DNA from: Botryllus schlosseri
Lineage: Eukaryota
Direction: 5' to 3'
DNA length: 64,000 nt
NCBI GenBank assembly: GCA_051294905.1
Contig: CM119372.1
Span: 11,162,001-11,226,000 of the forward strand
Position 1 is the stretch's first letter; the number at the start of each line of letters is the position of its first letter. The notes beneath the pieces were generated by a model. It was not told the DNA's origin. It ran no database searches and saw only the letters and a program-made list of their open reading frames with translations. Shown here piece by piece: positions 46,934 through 61,194 of this stretch. The translations under genes and the position numbers were made by a program.

Positions 46934-49900
46934 ATGGAAAGTTTAACCATCAGTGGGTATTTCACATTTCCATCAATCAGTATTGGCATTGACAAATTGG
47001 TGCATATTTTTAGAGGAAATATACACCAGCGAAAAGAGAGGATGTGACATAGAAGGTCAAGGATCTGAAGCAAGCCCATTTAAGACAGTGTTGCAAGCAC
47101 TTCGTTCTGCTAGAGTTGAACCGTGGCCATCCATTTATGTCGATGCTAAAGAAGGAAATGTAGATATTTGGCATTTACCAATTTTATTACCGCCGAGTTA
47201 CACGCTTACCATGTTTCCAGGGCTATGAATCTGTTGCCAAGGCACAGCTGAAGAAGCAAGTGAAAATATATCAAGGTGAAAAAAGAAAAGATGATGCGCG
47301 AAAAGTATGAACTCGTGCACAAGCATCGAGTTCTAACTCCCATGAGATGCATGTTTTTCTTTTAGCAACGAGAACAGGAAGATGCGGATAGGCGTGAAAA
47401 AAACTTGGAGGATGCGAAGAAAATAACGATCGTAGAAGATAAATCTTTACCTGCAGCGAAAGAGGTAAGGCACTTGATTACAATATGTGCGTTGTGTGTG
47501 TAGGCATACTGTGTGTTTATCGAGTAGGCATTATTCGACCAGTACGGTAATTATTTTGTTAGTAGTTACTGCATGGTGCACAGTCCATATTCAGTGAACC
47601 GTGCATTTCGGGATTTTGGTATAATGTTTTGACAATCTAATACTGCATGACAGCGCCTCTTTGAACCTAATTAGTCATGCTTTGCTGATATGAAATTATT
47701 CTATCAATTTTAATACAGCTGAAAATTCGCCAGTGCGAAAACCATCGCGGCGAAAGAATAAAAGTTAGCGGCTGGGTGCACCGACTCAGAAGACAGGGTA
47801 TGTATGTGTCAATTGTTTCTTTTCAGTACGTCCTTTCGAATTGGTCTAGAAATTTTGTGGATAATCCTTGATGAATGATATTTTCTGAACAATATGTATC
47901 TGGAATTGTGTTGTTGTACTTCTGAAATTATGTATCAGTGCGGTGTTTAACCTACGGCTGTGAAAGTAAATCATGCGATTCAAACTTAATTAAACCACTG
48001 TTAAATTTCACTTCATTTCTTGAAACAAAATTTGTGCTGAGGTTGTTACAGATTTCAGTACAGTGTCTCGTTAGCGATGTTCAATGTTCATACTCCTTTC
48101 ATGGGATTTTATCGATGGAACATATGGTTTAACATTGAATTAATCCATTTTATAATCTATCATTGCCATTTCTTTTGCATTCCAAACATCTTTTTCTGGT
48201 CCATGGAATCATAAGCACCATTAACTTTATACCGCGATGGTCACGGTTTCACATCGGTATCAAATAAATCATAACCATCTGGAACAAGCAGTCCATCAGC
48301 CGACAGTATAGATTTCACGAGTCTGATGTAAATAAACACAATGGTCCTGTCCCCTAATATAATATTACTGTCCTGCAATATCACACTTACTGGCTGACTA
48401 ACAAATGATTGATTCTCCTCCTACACGTTCACTTGTGAGAGTTGTTTTTGTGCATGGTATTCTCTGCCCTGTTATCTTCTGCAATATGCCTGAACCTAAC
48501 ACGGCAAAGAGAAGACAAAATAATATTTATATGACGCTTTCTTCACGATATTTGGGAGGCATTCAGGTAGTGGATGGCGGCCATACGCATCAGAATTTAT
48601 TGAAAAAAAATGGCTGTGAATAGTAAGAAGGTTGGACAGTACCTAATCAAATGCAATCGTTCTATCCAAATTATTGACATAACTGTGCAAAGAAACAAAT
48701 TACACTGTCCGACTCGATCCTGTTTCTTCAAAATCGACTCTGGCTGCCCGTATCGGAAAAAGTATGAATCCATATCAATCAAAAAATGAAAATATGGCCA
48801 ATATTCACTTCGCGGCTTTGTCTTCATTCTCTACACTATCCAAATCAGAAAATTCGGCTCCTGCCCTAAATTGAAAAATCCAGCCGATATCTGCTTCTCC
48901 TTCACGCTCCACACTGATACGTATGTACCAGTGTTGGGATGTCTCGAGTCATGACTTGACTCGAGTCAGACTCGAGTCAACTTTTTCGTATGACTTGACT
49001 TGACTCGAGTCACTTTGCAAAAATGAAATGACTTGACTTGACTCGGTGCTTCAAAAATGTGGATTGACTTGTGACTCGGAGCAAAATTTACGAGTCAATT
49101 TCAAGTCATTAAATAAACGGTGTCGATTAAATCACCCTATCTTATGTATTTTCGCCATGTCGGTGTCACTTCACTTGTGAGAGCAACCAGTCATTCACTG
49201 ATTGCATGTTTCACTGATCCTTCATTGTTACATCACAAATAAATTGACCGCAGTCAAAACGATCACAGCTTACGTTGTCGTAGTAGCAATAGATTAATCA
49301 AATAGAAACGTGTCGTTGTTTATTAGACGGCTCATTGCTTACATTGCGCAGTGCTCACCTTTACCTCACCTTTACACTCTTGTATGATTTAAATCAAACG
49401 AATATATATAGTTTATGCGTTTCTATTCTCACGGATGTGTAGATGGGTACCATGATATTGTATTGTACCATATCAATTTGTTCAACTTCTCGAGGCTTCG
49501 TATTCGATCCGTTATATTGGCTGATAATAACAGACTGTAGTATGTAGCTTTACAGGTACTCACATATTCTATTAGCAGTTCTTCGTTTGCGTGAGCGATA
49601 CAACACCTTTTTACATATATATTTAACTTTATATTCGTTATTTGATTAAAGATAAATGGCCAATTATTCTGTCCTTCACCCTGTTAGCAAAATGTAATGA
49701 CTTTGCATCATTACTCATGCTGGGAAAATTCAATCTGACTTGAATTCTGACTTGACTCGTGACTTGACTTGACTCGGGTCACCTCCAAAAAACAAGTGAC
49801 TTGACTTGACTCGAGTCACCTTTGAAAATCGATTGACTTGACTTGACTCGAGTCAAAATGTGCAATGACTCGAGATGACTCGTGACTCGAAGGTAGTGAC

Positions 49901-52900
49901 TTGATCCCAACACTGGTATGTACCACTTGCAAATACAATTTATCTTCTCTAGGGAGGACACTGATGTTCATTGTGCTGCGAGATGGTACAGGCTACGTCC
50001 AATGTGTGTTGCAAGATAAATTATGCCAAACCTATGATGCACTTGTCTTATCTCCGGAAAGCACAGTTGCCCTGTATGGAACTCTGACGAAAGTCCCGGA
50101 GGGTAAATCGGTGAGTGGAAGAACATACCGATTTCACTGTTGTCAAGAATTCGCTCATCATTATTCCGTTTTCAGGCACCTGGGGGACATGAGCTGATTT
50201 GTGACTATTGGAAAGTGATTGGGCTAGCACCAGCCGGTGGCATAGAGAACGTTCTCAACCAAGACGCAGATGTAGATGTTCGACTGGACAACAGACATTT
50301 GGTTATACGGGGCGAATCCACTTCGAAAATTCTGAGAATACGATCCTACCTCATGCAGGCTTTCAGAGACCACTACTTTGACAATGGATATTTCGAGGTG
50401 TTGTATTGTGTGATGATATTCCTTGTGGTCGTATCAACTTTTGGGTAGAGGCCTACCTATTTTCAGTGTTAGGCTATTTGTTCAAGCAATATTTGAAACT
50501 GTCAACGTGTTGGCCATGGTCTATTGCAGTCGTTCCGCATATATTATACCTTTGTCGCAAGTTTCACAATAAGACTTCCGGTAACGCATTATAGGTCACA
50601 CCGCCTACACTAGTTATGACACAATGTGAAGGAGGATCGACCTTGTTCAAGTTTGATTACTTCGGGGAGCAAGCCTATCTGACGCAATCTTCTCAGCTCT
50701 ACCTTGAAACTTGCCTGCCCGCACTTGGCGACGTCTTCTGCCTTGCCGAATCATACCGGGCGGAGCAGAGCAGAACAAGGAGACATCTTGCCGAGTAAGA
50801 TGTCACGGTAACACAGTACCGTTAAAGAGTGATTTTCGTACACTGTGTGGGTGAAATCAAGCACAGTTTTCCTGGAAACGTTGTTTATTTTGACTTATCC
50901 AGCACCCTTCAGTTCAGAAGTCATGTAATTTATATCTCGACTCGGTCTAAGATCATGTCTTGAGGTTTCGGGACACGAGCTGTGCTATTTCAATGTGTCA
51001 CCAGAAATTCATGTGATTTTATATTGAAATTCAATATTGTGTGACAAAAGCTGTGACATGAAGGTTTCAAGTGCTTAGGGTTGGTAAAAAAACTTTTTTC
51101 CTGATTCACTGATTCAATTGTTAAAAAAAAAATAACTTGGCTCAGTTCCTAACGGTTGATGTGAACACACAGGAGTTGCAATTTTAACTTGCTATAAAAA
51201 ATTTTCCTGTCAACCTCATGAAATTGTTCGGTTGTCTAAAAGACCGATGCTTGACAATTTTTGCGCACTTCCAACCGGTATTGTGGCTCAAAATTCTGGA
51301 TTAGTAAAAATAGCCAGGGCGATGGGTAATCCCAGAATTGTTAACAAAAATCTTGAATAACTTCGCTTCTACAGGTTAGAATTGCGTCAGATTTGTTTTG
51401 CATTGTTTTTTTGACAGCTCGACAGTTTCATGGGGTTGACAGTAAAATTTGAAAATTATTCTGTGCTACCAGTTGGAATCAAGTCAAATTTGGTATACAG
51501 CGTTTTTATAGGCTACCTAGCAATTTCATCAGTGAATCCCTGGAATCCGCAAAAAAGGTTATTTTTGAACTACTCTAATGCTTGGGCAGGGTTGGCCTGG
51601 TCGTTTGTGACCCTATGAAATTTTGAGTGAGTCACACTTTCGAGACTGGGACCTTGTCGGTGGTCAGACGTGCTTGTCAGTTCTTCAATTAGTTAGATAT
51701 AATCCTTTGAACTGAGAACATATGTCAACATTGTATGTCATCTACGTCATCGAGTCATCCTAGGTGTGATTTTCGTTTCATGATACGTGACATAATATTT
51801 CAATTCTACTAAATCTACCGTATCCAGATATCAATGAGACTCCGTAAATCAATTTTATTAGTCTTTCAGCATTTTTGTATAATTATACTTGTTTTAGATA
51901 CACTCACGTGGAAGCTGAGTGCGCATTTATAACTTTCAATGATCTTCTTGACAAATTGGAGGACCTTGTATGCGATGTGATCGACAGAGTAATGAAAACT
52001 CCTGCTGGTCAACTTATTAAAGATCTCAACCCAGTATGTACATAATTTTTTAAACACTGTTGTATTCAATTGTATAATTTCTAGTTTTCCGTCTATTTAT
52101 GAACTCAACTACTACAATGAGTCTGATTTGTTGTGATGTGCGACCTTTTGAAATCTTGATTTGTTCAGGTAATAACATATCTGTTTTTGTTAGGATTTTG
52201 AACCACCCAAAAGGCCCTTTAAACGGATGGAGTATTCAGAAGCAATTAAATGGCTCAGAGAGCATGATGTCAAAAAAGATGATGGTACGTATTTCGCTAT
52301 AAGTTGGGCACCTAACTATAAATCAGAAACCGATCATTTAAATCAGTGTTTTTCAAGCTTTTTTCCTCCAGCGTCCTTAACACAAATTTCATGGTGTGGT
52401 GCCGCCCATATATTAAGAGGTGCACAAACGAAGATGAGGTACGGTCGGTCTTCTCGGGTTTAGACTTGACAATATCACATAGTTCGCGCTTGAATCGCGC
52501 CCGATGATCTGTTAACTTGGTAACGATCTAATTATTGTATGAACTATTATCGGGATCAAAATCATGGTTGTGGTGATATCCGTCAGGTACGGCTTATACC
52601 TACATAGCGGGTTCGGGTTCAAGAGGAATGTACACAACCTGATTTCAACTCTGATTGTCGATATGGTGAAGCTATATTGGGTTTAGTGTTATAGATGTTA
52701 TATATGTCTAATAAATTGACCTAAATTATTGTATAGACCTATTCTCACATTGAAATCAGTTTGGGTAAATAGAGAAAATACCGTGATTTTCCAAGTATAT
52801 TACGCCCCCATGTATAATACGCACCCTTGAAATGGCATGCAAATTCTGGGAAAAAGCCTGTGCCCATGTATAGTACGCACCCTGCATTTGCAGTACACGA

Positions 52901-55900
52901 ATAGCTGTTTTCGGTATACTATGTCGACATGTCGTTATGTTTTGCGATGTCACTGTTCAACAGGGCCGGCCAACCCGTGGCCCGCGGACCACATTTGGCC
53001 CGCGAGGTAATTTCAGAAATAAGTAATATTATAAAAAATGGATTGCACAGATTGTGAACTTGCAAGGCCAACCAAAAATTTGATTAGTCTGGCCGCAACA
53101 CTTCAGATGTGATGACTAAAATATCAGTTCCGATGCATTGGCAGATCCATGAGCTAGTCACATTTTGGTAGATCTTAGTACACTACAATAAAGCATAATA
53201 ATTTGCGATAGATTTATCAAAAGTAAAAATTTTCTACACGCTTCGCGCAACATGTTGTCATTCGATTTCTTGCTTTTAATATTGTTATCCCTTTGTGAAA
53301 ATGAAAGAACGCCTAATGTATCAGATTGAGTCTATTCGCGATTACGGGACCTTGCTTTTGCGCTCGCAGGAAGACCGTCGACTATGAAGCCTTGGCACAA
53401 ATTGATTGACGCATGTTGATCGAAGCTTTCGATATCGTTATGTCCTATGTCAAGGCGCCGAATAGTCCAGTCCTTGCAAACTGAGCCCAGCGATATACAG
53501 CAGGCCCGGAATAGAGTCGAGTGACAATATTATAGACCTATGAACTTCGAAAAATTTTCGCGCGGCTAGTGGCCCGCGCAATAGTTCGTCGATCGAATGT
53601 GGCCCTTTGACTGAAAAGGTTGGCCACCCCTGCTGTTCAACAATCATCACATAATCATCGCTAATCATTATGCGATTAACTGCATTGTCTCTAAACAAAA
53701 TTAGATAGCCGCAAAGCCTGTGAGGCCGGCAACACGATAGTTTAGGCCGGCGACACGACATCTTACGCACGCACGAGGCCTGTAACAGATGCGATTGCTC
53801 AGGCCAACGGTTTTGTCGTGCGCACCAGGTCTGATGCGAGTGCGACTGATTACGCAAGCGATTATATCTTGCGCGCATGGCCTGGTGTATATGCGATTGT
53901 TCAGGCCTGTCTTTGACACAATGGATTAGCGAGGATTGCCGCGCGCGCCTGCAGCAATGCTCGCTCGTTATCAATGATCTAATTTCGCTCGCGTACAAAC
54001 GGCAAACTAACTCAGCTTTGCTGCTCGTTAATTGGTAACACGTTTCTCGCTAATTGATAATACGAATTACTGGGCGCGATGGCTGAAAGTGATGCGAAAG
54101 TGATTGGAAACAAACATGAAGAAAGGTGTGATTTCAAGTTTTTTATTGAGGGAGATTTTTTCAAGCGTGCTGTTACCATGTATAATACGCACCCCCTGAT
54201 TTTAGGGCAAAAAATCGTGAAAATTTTGCGCATTATACATGGAAAATTACGGTACTGCACTCAGTTAACTTAATATGCAACTCATTATTATGCAATGTGC
54301 ATGTGAGGTTGTGGTGCACAACATTGATCAGAATCATTCTTCTTGGCATGATGAAAAAATATACTGACATTTTCATATGGTAGCTTTTGAATACAAGGAT
54401 ATTCAATTAACCATCTTGCCCAGAACGCTGTGAAACTTGTATTTTCTCACTGTAGGTAGTTATGCCATTTTTCGACATTAAGACTAGTCATGTATTGTGA
54501 GATACAATACATAGTTTGGAACATTTTGTTGGGAACACCCCTATCCAGTGTGATGGAACTAAGGATGACTTAGTGGTCTTAAAAGGACGCGCATGAAGCA
54601 CATAATCCACATTTGTATGAATTATTTTAAACATGTCATTTGTGGAAAATGTAGCATACATCGCCTGTACATTTCGAGCGAAATACTCCGATTTTGTCTG
54701 ATTTAATGAATTTTGTCAGAAGTAAATTTGCAACGATAACTCCGGGTTATATAGGACTGCAGTTCAACTGTTATAGAACGCTATATCTCCCGAGACATTA
54801 ACTTCGTTTTGTTAATATATTCGCTAAAATCTTTTCGACTGGCTCTCATCAGTAGCGACTGTCAGTGATCGGGTGAATCAAATTCGAAATGTAGGAACTA
54901 TTTTGTCTGTATGACATAATAACAAAAACAAACAACTAGTAGACAGGCAAGATACGGTAGTAACGATACAAAACAAACGTTAACAAGCATCTCCATGAGA
55001 ACTATTACACCAGAGGTCGGAACCTATGGCCATACATGGCTCTTTTGGGTAGAAGATATGGCTCTTTGTCAAATTTTCATTTTTGTACATTTATCAATAT
55101 TGCCGAAACTTGTCGAAACGCCTCGAAATCTTGGATTGCACGATAAGTTGATTGAGCGAAGAGAATAGCAGATATGGTTACGCCTGTATGACAATGCAGT
55201 TTTCAAATACTCATTGTCTTCCTGGTCCACGGCAATAAATGAACCTTTTTTCAAAAGTGACATTCACAATTACAAATTCAAATTACATACAACGCCGTAG
55301 CTATCAACGATCTTGATTGGTATGTAGCTTCTGTAGTAACGCCGTGAAAATGTAAGCGTTAAGCGCAACGATATATTATCGCCGAATATTTCAAGAACTG
55401 AAAAGTTAATCAATATTTAGATTTTGAAATCAGTGCGACAGTTACATTTGAATAATGTCACCTAATATAAATTGTAAACTATTAACGATGAATTGTGCTA
55501 CCACAGTTGAGGCTTGGCCCGTCTGTGCCTCACCTGTGCCTTAGCTATCCTTCTGCGCTTCATTTTCGAACAATATATATATATATACACGTTACATGAT
55601 TTTGGGGTTAAATATGTTCGAAATCCAGTCGTTCATGAACATCGATAGAAAATTCCAATAATAATCATTGAAGGTTTCACAATTTAATTTTCGTTCACTC
55701 ACAGGCGAGGCACTGTCTCACTTGCCTCTCCTGACCGATAGCAGGCGATACATATAAACGTAAGACCTTATAGCTTCCACACCCTTTTTAATGTCCACTC
55801 GTATGAATATAGCTTTATTATTTACATAAGCTTTCGCAGCTCTGCTCCTTTATCAGGTGTTAAAGCGAAATTAAAAAGATGTAGCTTGCGAAAGATCCAT

Positions 55901-57334
55901 GCAAAAGATCTATGTAACTCAAGTAACTCAGCATGGTATGAGTCTTTAAAGAGAAAATGGGGCGTACACGACGAATCCCATGTAGTGAGTTCGAATTTCA
56001 ATCGTGACGTACCGTACCAGTTGATTGACACGTATGGCTCTTTGGGTGTTGAATGGAAAGCATAGGGCCAATATGGCTTTCCTAACAGAAAAGGTTCCCG
56101 ACCCCTGCACTGCACCATCAATTGCAACTCCATGTTTCTTCAGCGCCCTCCAAATCGGCTCCTTCAAAATCTAAATGGCCCCCTGGTGGTCGTTGGCGCG
56201 AAGGTTAACAACCACTGATGTAAATGAATATGCCAGTGTAAAAAAACTTGAAAATTTCTCGTCTTTTGAGCCAAATGTGTTCAATTTTTTATCAGGACCA
56301 GTGGTACTTGTCATTCAATACTTGTATAATATATATGTATATATAAGTTTCCGCATCAAGTGAATTGTCAGTGGATCAGTGATTTACTGTACATTGCAAT
56401 CGAATGTTCTTTACGCTGCTGGGATACGACATAGTTTATTATATCCAGATCCGCCCTTCGTGTTGGGTTAACTATAATATATTTCATCATCATATGGTTG
56501 AACCTCGCACTGTAGGACCAAACTATTTTTCATTTATATGTTTACTGATACGATGCCAAGACTATCCATCCAAATTTTTGCCAGGTACATACTATGAATA
56601 CGGCGAAGATATACCAGAAATGCCAGAACGCAAGATGACGGATGCCATCAATGAACCTATTTTACTTTGCAAATTCCCAGCGCATATCAAGTCTTTCTAC
56701 ATGCAAAAGTGTGCTGACGACCCAACTCTCACAGAGTCTGTGAGTTATCTCGGTTCCTTTTAGCTCCGAAGCAAAGGATTTACTGTAATATTTTCCCACA
56801 ACAGGTAGATTTGTTGATGCCAAATGTTGGCGAGATAGTTGGTGGCTCTATGAGGATGTGGGATCATGCCGAATTGATGGAGGCATACAAAACTGAAGGA
56901 ATTTCATCCAAGCCATATTATTGGTACACAGATCAGGTGAGTTTCTTCTGTTTACACTACTGCATGAGGAACTTTTTAGACTTGTGAATACCGAGTGACT
57001 CAATTGGCGCATGGAGTCTCTCTTCGTCATCTGTGAAATCGGTAAATCAAATGTGTAAGGGTTGATTTGTTGTTCTTCTTGAGTGAATTTTTGACTTCTA
57101 GGATTAACTTACAATTTTGTTAAAGCGGTAATGAAAGATATCCCTTCATATGTTGTCCAATAATGTAGGAATATCTTATTGAGCATTTAATTGTGTATTC
57201 AGAGAAAATTTGGTACTTGCCCCCATGGCGGTTATGGACTGGGATTGGAAAGAATTTTGACTTGGCTGTGCAACCAATACCATATCCGCGACGTCTGTCT
57301 GTACCCACGATTCATTCAGAGATGCCAACCATAA
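46934..57334 (+). CDS. NARS1: Cytoplasmic asparaginyl-tRNA synthetase, 13 exons, 550 aa
   Basis: Exons 46934-46952, 47014-47159, 47221-47304, 47366-47464, 47719-47797, 49953-50110, 50176-50397, 50595-50794, 51898-52033, 52194-52284, 56585-56739, 56805-56936, 57203-57334. Motifs [55 protein letters not shown]. Exon 1 is the least certain. Confidence 0.96.
48929..49915. mobile_element. hAT MITE (family B) in NARS1 intron 5
   Basis: TIR CAGTGTTGGGAT; perfect TSD GTATGTAC. Confidence 0.92.
51076..51577. mobile_element. Diverged palindromic MITE (family D-related) in NARS1 intron 8
   Basis: Imperfect inverted arms similar to 36573-37117 and 42255-42540. Confidence 0.6.
52781..54252. mobile_element. 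pogo/Tigger-like (Tc1-mariner) MITE
   Basis: TIR CCGTRATTTTCCAWGTATA, flanked by TA on both sides. Confidence 0.75.
52961..53632. mobile_element. hAT MITE, nested
   Basis: TIR CAGGGnnGGCCAACC; perfect TSD CTGTTCAA; GGCCCGCG subterminal motifs. Confidence 0.88.
55011..56107. mobile_element. Charlie/Buster-type MITE
   Basis: Homologous to 34091-34978; ATGGCTC subterminal motifs; TSD degenerate. Confidence 0.75.
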
Positions 57335-58212
57335 CATATCGAACGTCTCATCTTCTTCACGGACGAACAAGGATGCTGCGTTGATGTCATCTACAAATAT
57401 ACCGTAACATACTGGAGGAGAATTGTTCAAAGTTAATTATTATCTGTGATAGAATGTGTCACTTGGAAGTTTTGCGATTCTCATGTGAATATGTTACTGT
57501 AGTTCCTTTGCATACTGATTGGGATGACTTGAATACAGGCAGGCTACTTTTTTCTCCCTGAACGCCTTTTTTCATTTCACGGTCAGGCCTGTTCTAACGC
57601 GCCAGTAGTTACATTTCAGAACATTATGACAATTAGACGTTTGTGTAGAAACTTTAGGTGTATGCATGTGGGTTGTGTCGACTAAGTTAGGTCGTTTTCT
57701 TTGCTTACTAAAGTCTATCAAGACATGCTAGGTTGTTTCTGTGGTGATATGAGTTTGTTCACTGTCGTAGTTCGGCATTTCGGTTCAAAATGAATGTTGT
57801 ATAATCCAAAACTTGTCTGCTGTGAGTCGGATATGTTATGTTGAATACGTGTAGTTCCTATTGTCGCTGACTAATAGCAATCACGAATCGCCATTTACGG
57901 ATATTGTGCAGTTGGCCTGTTCGTATTTCCTGTGTAGATGGTTTCCCGGCGGTCCTTGTTGAAGACGTGGTTTATTCATTTGTGTTGCAGTATTATTAGG
58001 CATGTCAGAACATGTTGCGTGTGGACAGTGAACACCTGTCGTTAATCGTCAATGAATTCACGTTCATTCACCCATTTATATGACTGTGGAAAGTAATCTC
58101 GTACTCTCTCAGTATTGGGATCAAGTCACTACCTTCGAGTCACAATTCATTTCGAGTCGTTTCACATTTTCACTCGAGTTAAGCCAATCGACTTTCGAAG
58201 GTGACTCTCAAG

Positions 58213-59063
58213 CAGACTTGGACAACTAGAAAATTTTCAGCATTCCTGAATTAGATTAGAATTAGAATAAGAGCTCCACAGTTTTTTTCAAACTAGATTA
58301 GAATTAGAGCTGCACAGTTTTTCCAAATTGGATTAGAATTAGAGCTACACAGCTTTTTTCAAATTAGATTAGAATTAGAACTAGAGTTAGTTACGTAAGT
58401 TCGCAAAAACTTGGAAATTGAATGAAATTGAATATGGGAAATGAATACAGCAAAATGCAGTTCACAGTGCGTGGTGCAAAAGGCAATGAGCGCCACATAT
58501 TTTTTTTATTAGACAACAACAACAGTGCATTCCCATAAACATGAGAATGGTTAACTTCTGTACACCAAGCTTGGCTCGATTTTTACTAAACTTTAATAAA
58601 ATATTACTTATTTTATGGTAACAGTGGGCATCGCCCATGTTACTCAGAATGGCGATGTACTAGCGTAAAGTTTTAGGAAGTAGAATGTTGTTCGCAGACT
58701 ACAAGCTACTCAAGCAGGCTATATTCGTCATAATATCTACTATGACTGCACGGTGTAAGTAAGGCGGTGGCGGCTTGGCACTGGATTTCCCTGCGCAAGC
58801 GGGATATTCTTTTTGAATCACTGCAATAGTGCAATATGCCTCGGACAAAGAGGCATTTTCAGGAAAACAATAATTAGATTAGAATTAGAGAATACGGACA
58901 TTTCACAAATTAGATTAGAATTAGAGCATTAAGAACATTTCACAAATTAGATTAGAATTAGACCATGGAAGCGTTTCACAAATTAGATTAGAATTAGATT
59001 ACTGGCATTTCGCCCTAATTTAGTGAAATTAGACAACTAGAATTATCTAGTTGTCCAAGTCTG
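58213..59063. mobile_element. hAT MITE with AATTAGATTAGAATTAGA subterminal repeats
   Basis: Perfect 18-bp TIR CAGACTTGGACAACTAGA; perfect TSD CTCTCAAG. Confidence 0.92.
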
Positions 59064-59586
59064 CTCTCAAGTCAAGTCACGAGTGAGTCAAGTTGGCTAT
59101 GTTCGAAGTATGAGGCATGATCATGTCATTGCATTTTTCGAGCTGTATGAAATACAGGTTGAGGGGTCATTGATTCCAGACCGATGATCGAAAATAGAGT
59201 TGAATGTATACACGCAAGAAGGCGCTGCTGAATCGCTCAGATATACGTAGAACTTTTAAACTACGTAAGTAACTGCGCAGCCCTCGTTTGTAGTTACCAA
59301 GCAAAATAGAGAATAGAGAAACCAATTAATAAGATGCAATACATTACCCCTTTACAATTTGATATGATACAATTCGGGCACGAATGCAATTTCAATTACG
59401 CAAGAGGTTTGGTTCAGGTGAGAACAGAAATATATACATTTTGCTACTAAAATTACTTTACTACTAGTTTAAGACAACGTAAGCTTCGATCACTTCGTTT
59501 GTGGTCAATTTATTAATGAGGGAACAATGAAGGCTCAGTGAAACGCACGATCATTGAATGATTGACCGCTCTCACGGGTTATACAC

Positions 59587-60033
59587 CAGAGATGACCGGA
59601 TTTGGAATTTATATGTCCCAATCCAAATCCGACGCTTCAAATCCTAATCCAGAACTTTTGCATATTCAAGTCCATGTCCAGTCCTAATCCGATTCCAACT
59701 TTAAATTAAGAAAAATGGCCAATTTATGCAAGGAAATTTTTCTTTCACAACCACCAATCCTCTTGATTCAAGATAACTTGGCAGAGGGCTGCAACTGGCA
59801 TGTTCATTGGCAACGAGTATACTATAGTGTAGTGTGTCATAAGTACATTATTAACTGATCTGAATAAAGTTTGTCGCCATTCGCCACATGACATATAAAT
59901 CTCCCAAGAAATCGGTAAATCCAAATCCTAATCCGTTCAAAAAATAATTTCTTATCCTAATCCAATCCAAATCCGAAAAAATTTCACAAATCCTGTTTTT
60001 TCAAATCCTAGTCCTAATCCATGCTCATCTCTG
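59587..60033. mobile_element. hAT MITE with AATCC repeats
   Basis: TIR CAGAGATGA; perfect TSD TTATACAC; partial inverted relative at ~60485-60600. Confidence 0.9.
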
Positions 60034-60611
60034 TTATACACCAGCGTTTCGCGAACAATCCGGTCATATACAAGATACACTGATTTTATCGACATCGATT
60101 ACTTGATGACTTGAAATTGACTCGTGAATTTTGCTCCGAATCACAAGCCAATTCACATTTCTGATAGTCAAAGCCATTTTAGCAAGGTGACTCAAGTCAA
60201 GTCATACGAAAAAGGTGAGGTTCCATGCGTTCGACAAGCCCGGTACCCCAAATGGACCAATATATCAATTCGTTAGGGTCGAGTAGCCTATAGTCTAGCC
60301 TGGTAAATGCCGATAATGCAAGCGTTCTCGCTACGCCGAACTTAAGCGTAAGTTCTACTCTCGCGCTCTGCGCACTTGCGATCTTCAAAAATGACTTTTT
60401 TCTCAAATTGTACTGGCTACTTGATAAAATTGTTAGGTTACCTAATTTAAGCCTACACACCAAATTTGGTTCAATTCCAGCCAGTTGGAATCGGATTAGG
60501 ATTGGACAGGACATGGACTTGAATATACAAAAGTTGTGGATTAGGATTTGAAGCTTTGGATTTGGATTGGATTAGGACATGGAAATTCCAAATCCGCTCA
60601 TGCAGTCTAGC

Positions 60612-60804
60612 TATATAGATAACTATCATCATTGGTTTATTAGCAATTTTATCAGTTCAATACACCACAAAAAATGCGATACAATGAAAAGAAAGGAAGA
60701 TGTCGAAGCGACTAGGAGTTGTCTATGGAATCGGACACCCACCTTGGCCTAGGCGATGTAAAGAGGAGGCATACACACTGAATGAGGTAGGTTGGTTATC
60801 AATA
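60612..60804. mobile_element. Second P-type footprint, with a LINE 3' fragment between the TIR stubs
   Basis: TATATAGATAACTA-[LINE 3' end, - strand]-GTAGGTTGGTTATCAATA; flanks GTCTAGC/TTCTAGC. Confidence 0.6.
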
Positions 60805-61194
60805 TTCTAGCAGTCAAAGATTATAGGTCTCTGACTTCCTGCCGCCATGTTGCGTCGTCACGAAAATTGCCGATGATTTTTCAGCTCCATGACCGATACC
60901 GATAATTCTTTCAAAGTGTGATATCGTCTCGATATTATCAGCATCTTTAGACATCTGGTTAGACTACCAGGCTTCCTGACACGCATTTGCGATGAATTAA
61001 GCATGATATCTCCAGAGTTACTCTCGATCTGGGGATTTGGAAGTACGCAATCATGGCCCAATCGACCGTCTAATCCAGGTTCATCATAATTTCACGATGC
61101 AGGTGTATGTATAATTGAGTGATGTGCATAGTGTCGTTAGTGGCTGGATTCATTGGCGGACTATAGGCGAGCCTAGCTCGTCTTCAGTCGCAAT

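Larger units (their letters stand above)
52344..56217. mobile_element. Old hAT MITE hosting three nested elements in NARS1 intron 10
   Basis: Ends CAGTGTTTTTCAA / TTAACAACCACTG; TSD ATTTAAAT/ATGTAAAT. Confidence 0.6.
58110..60215. mobile_element. hAT MITE (family B) interrupted by two other MITEs
   Basis: Left TIR CAGTATTGGGAT; colinear with 8559-9498; right tip lost. Confidence 0.8.

Noticed and set aside
47865..47930. Possible intronic C/D-box snoRNA (TTGATGA ... CTGA) in NARS1 intron 5
   Set aside because: Imperfect C box, weak terminal stem and no rRNA complementarity that I could recognise.
58245..59000. Regularly spaced AATTAGATTAGAATTAGA repeats with variable spacers, resembling a CRISPR array
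   Set aside because: Spacers are short and similar to each other. The repeats sit inside perfect TIRs with an 8-bp TSD, there are no cas genes and the DNA is eukaryotic. They are subterminal repeats of a hAT MITE.
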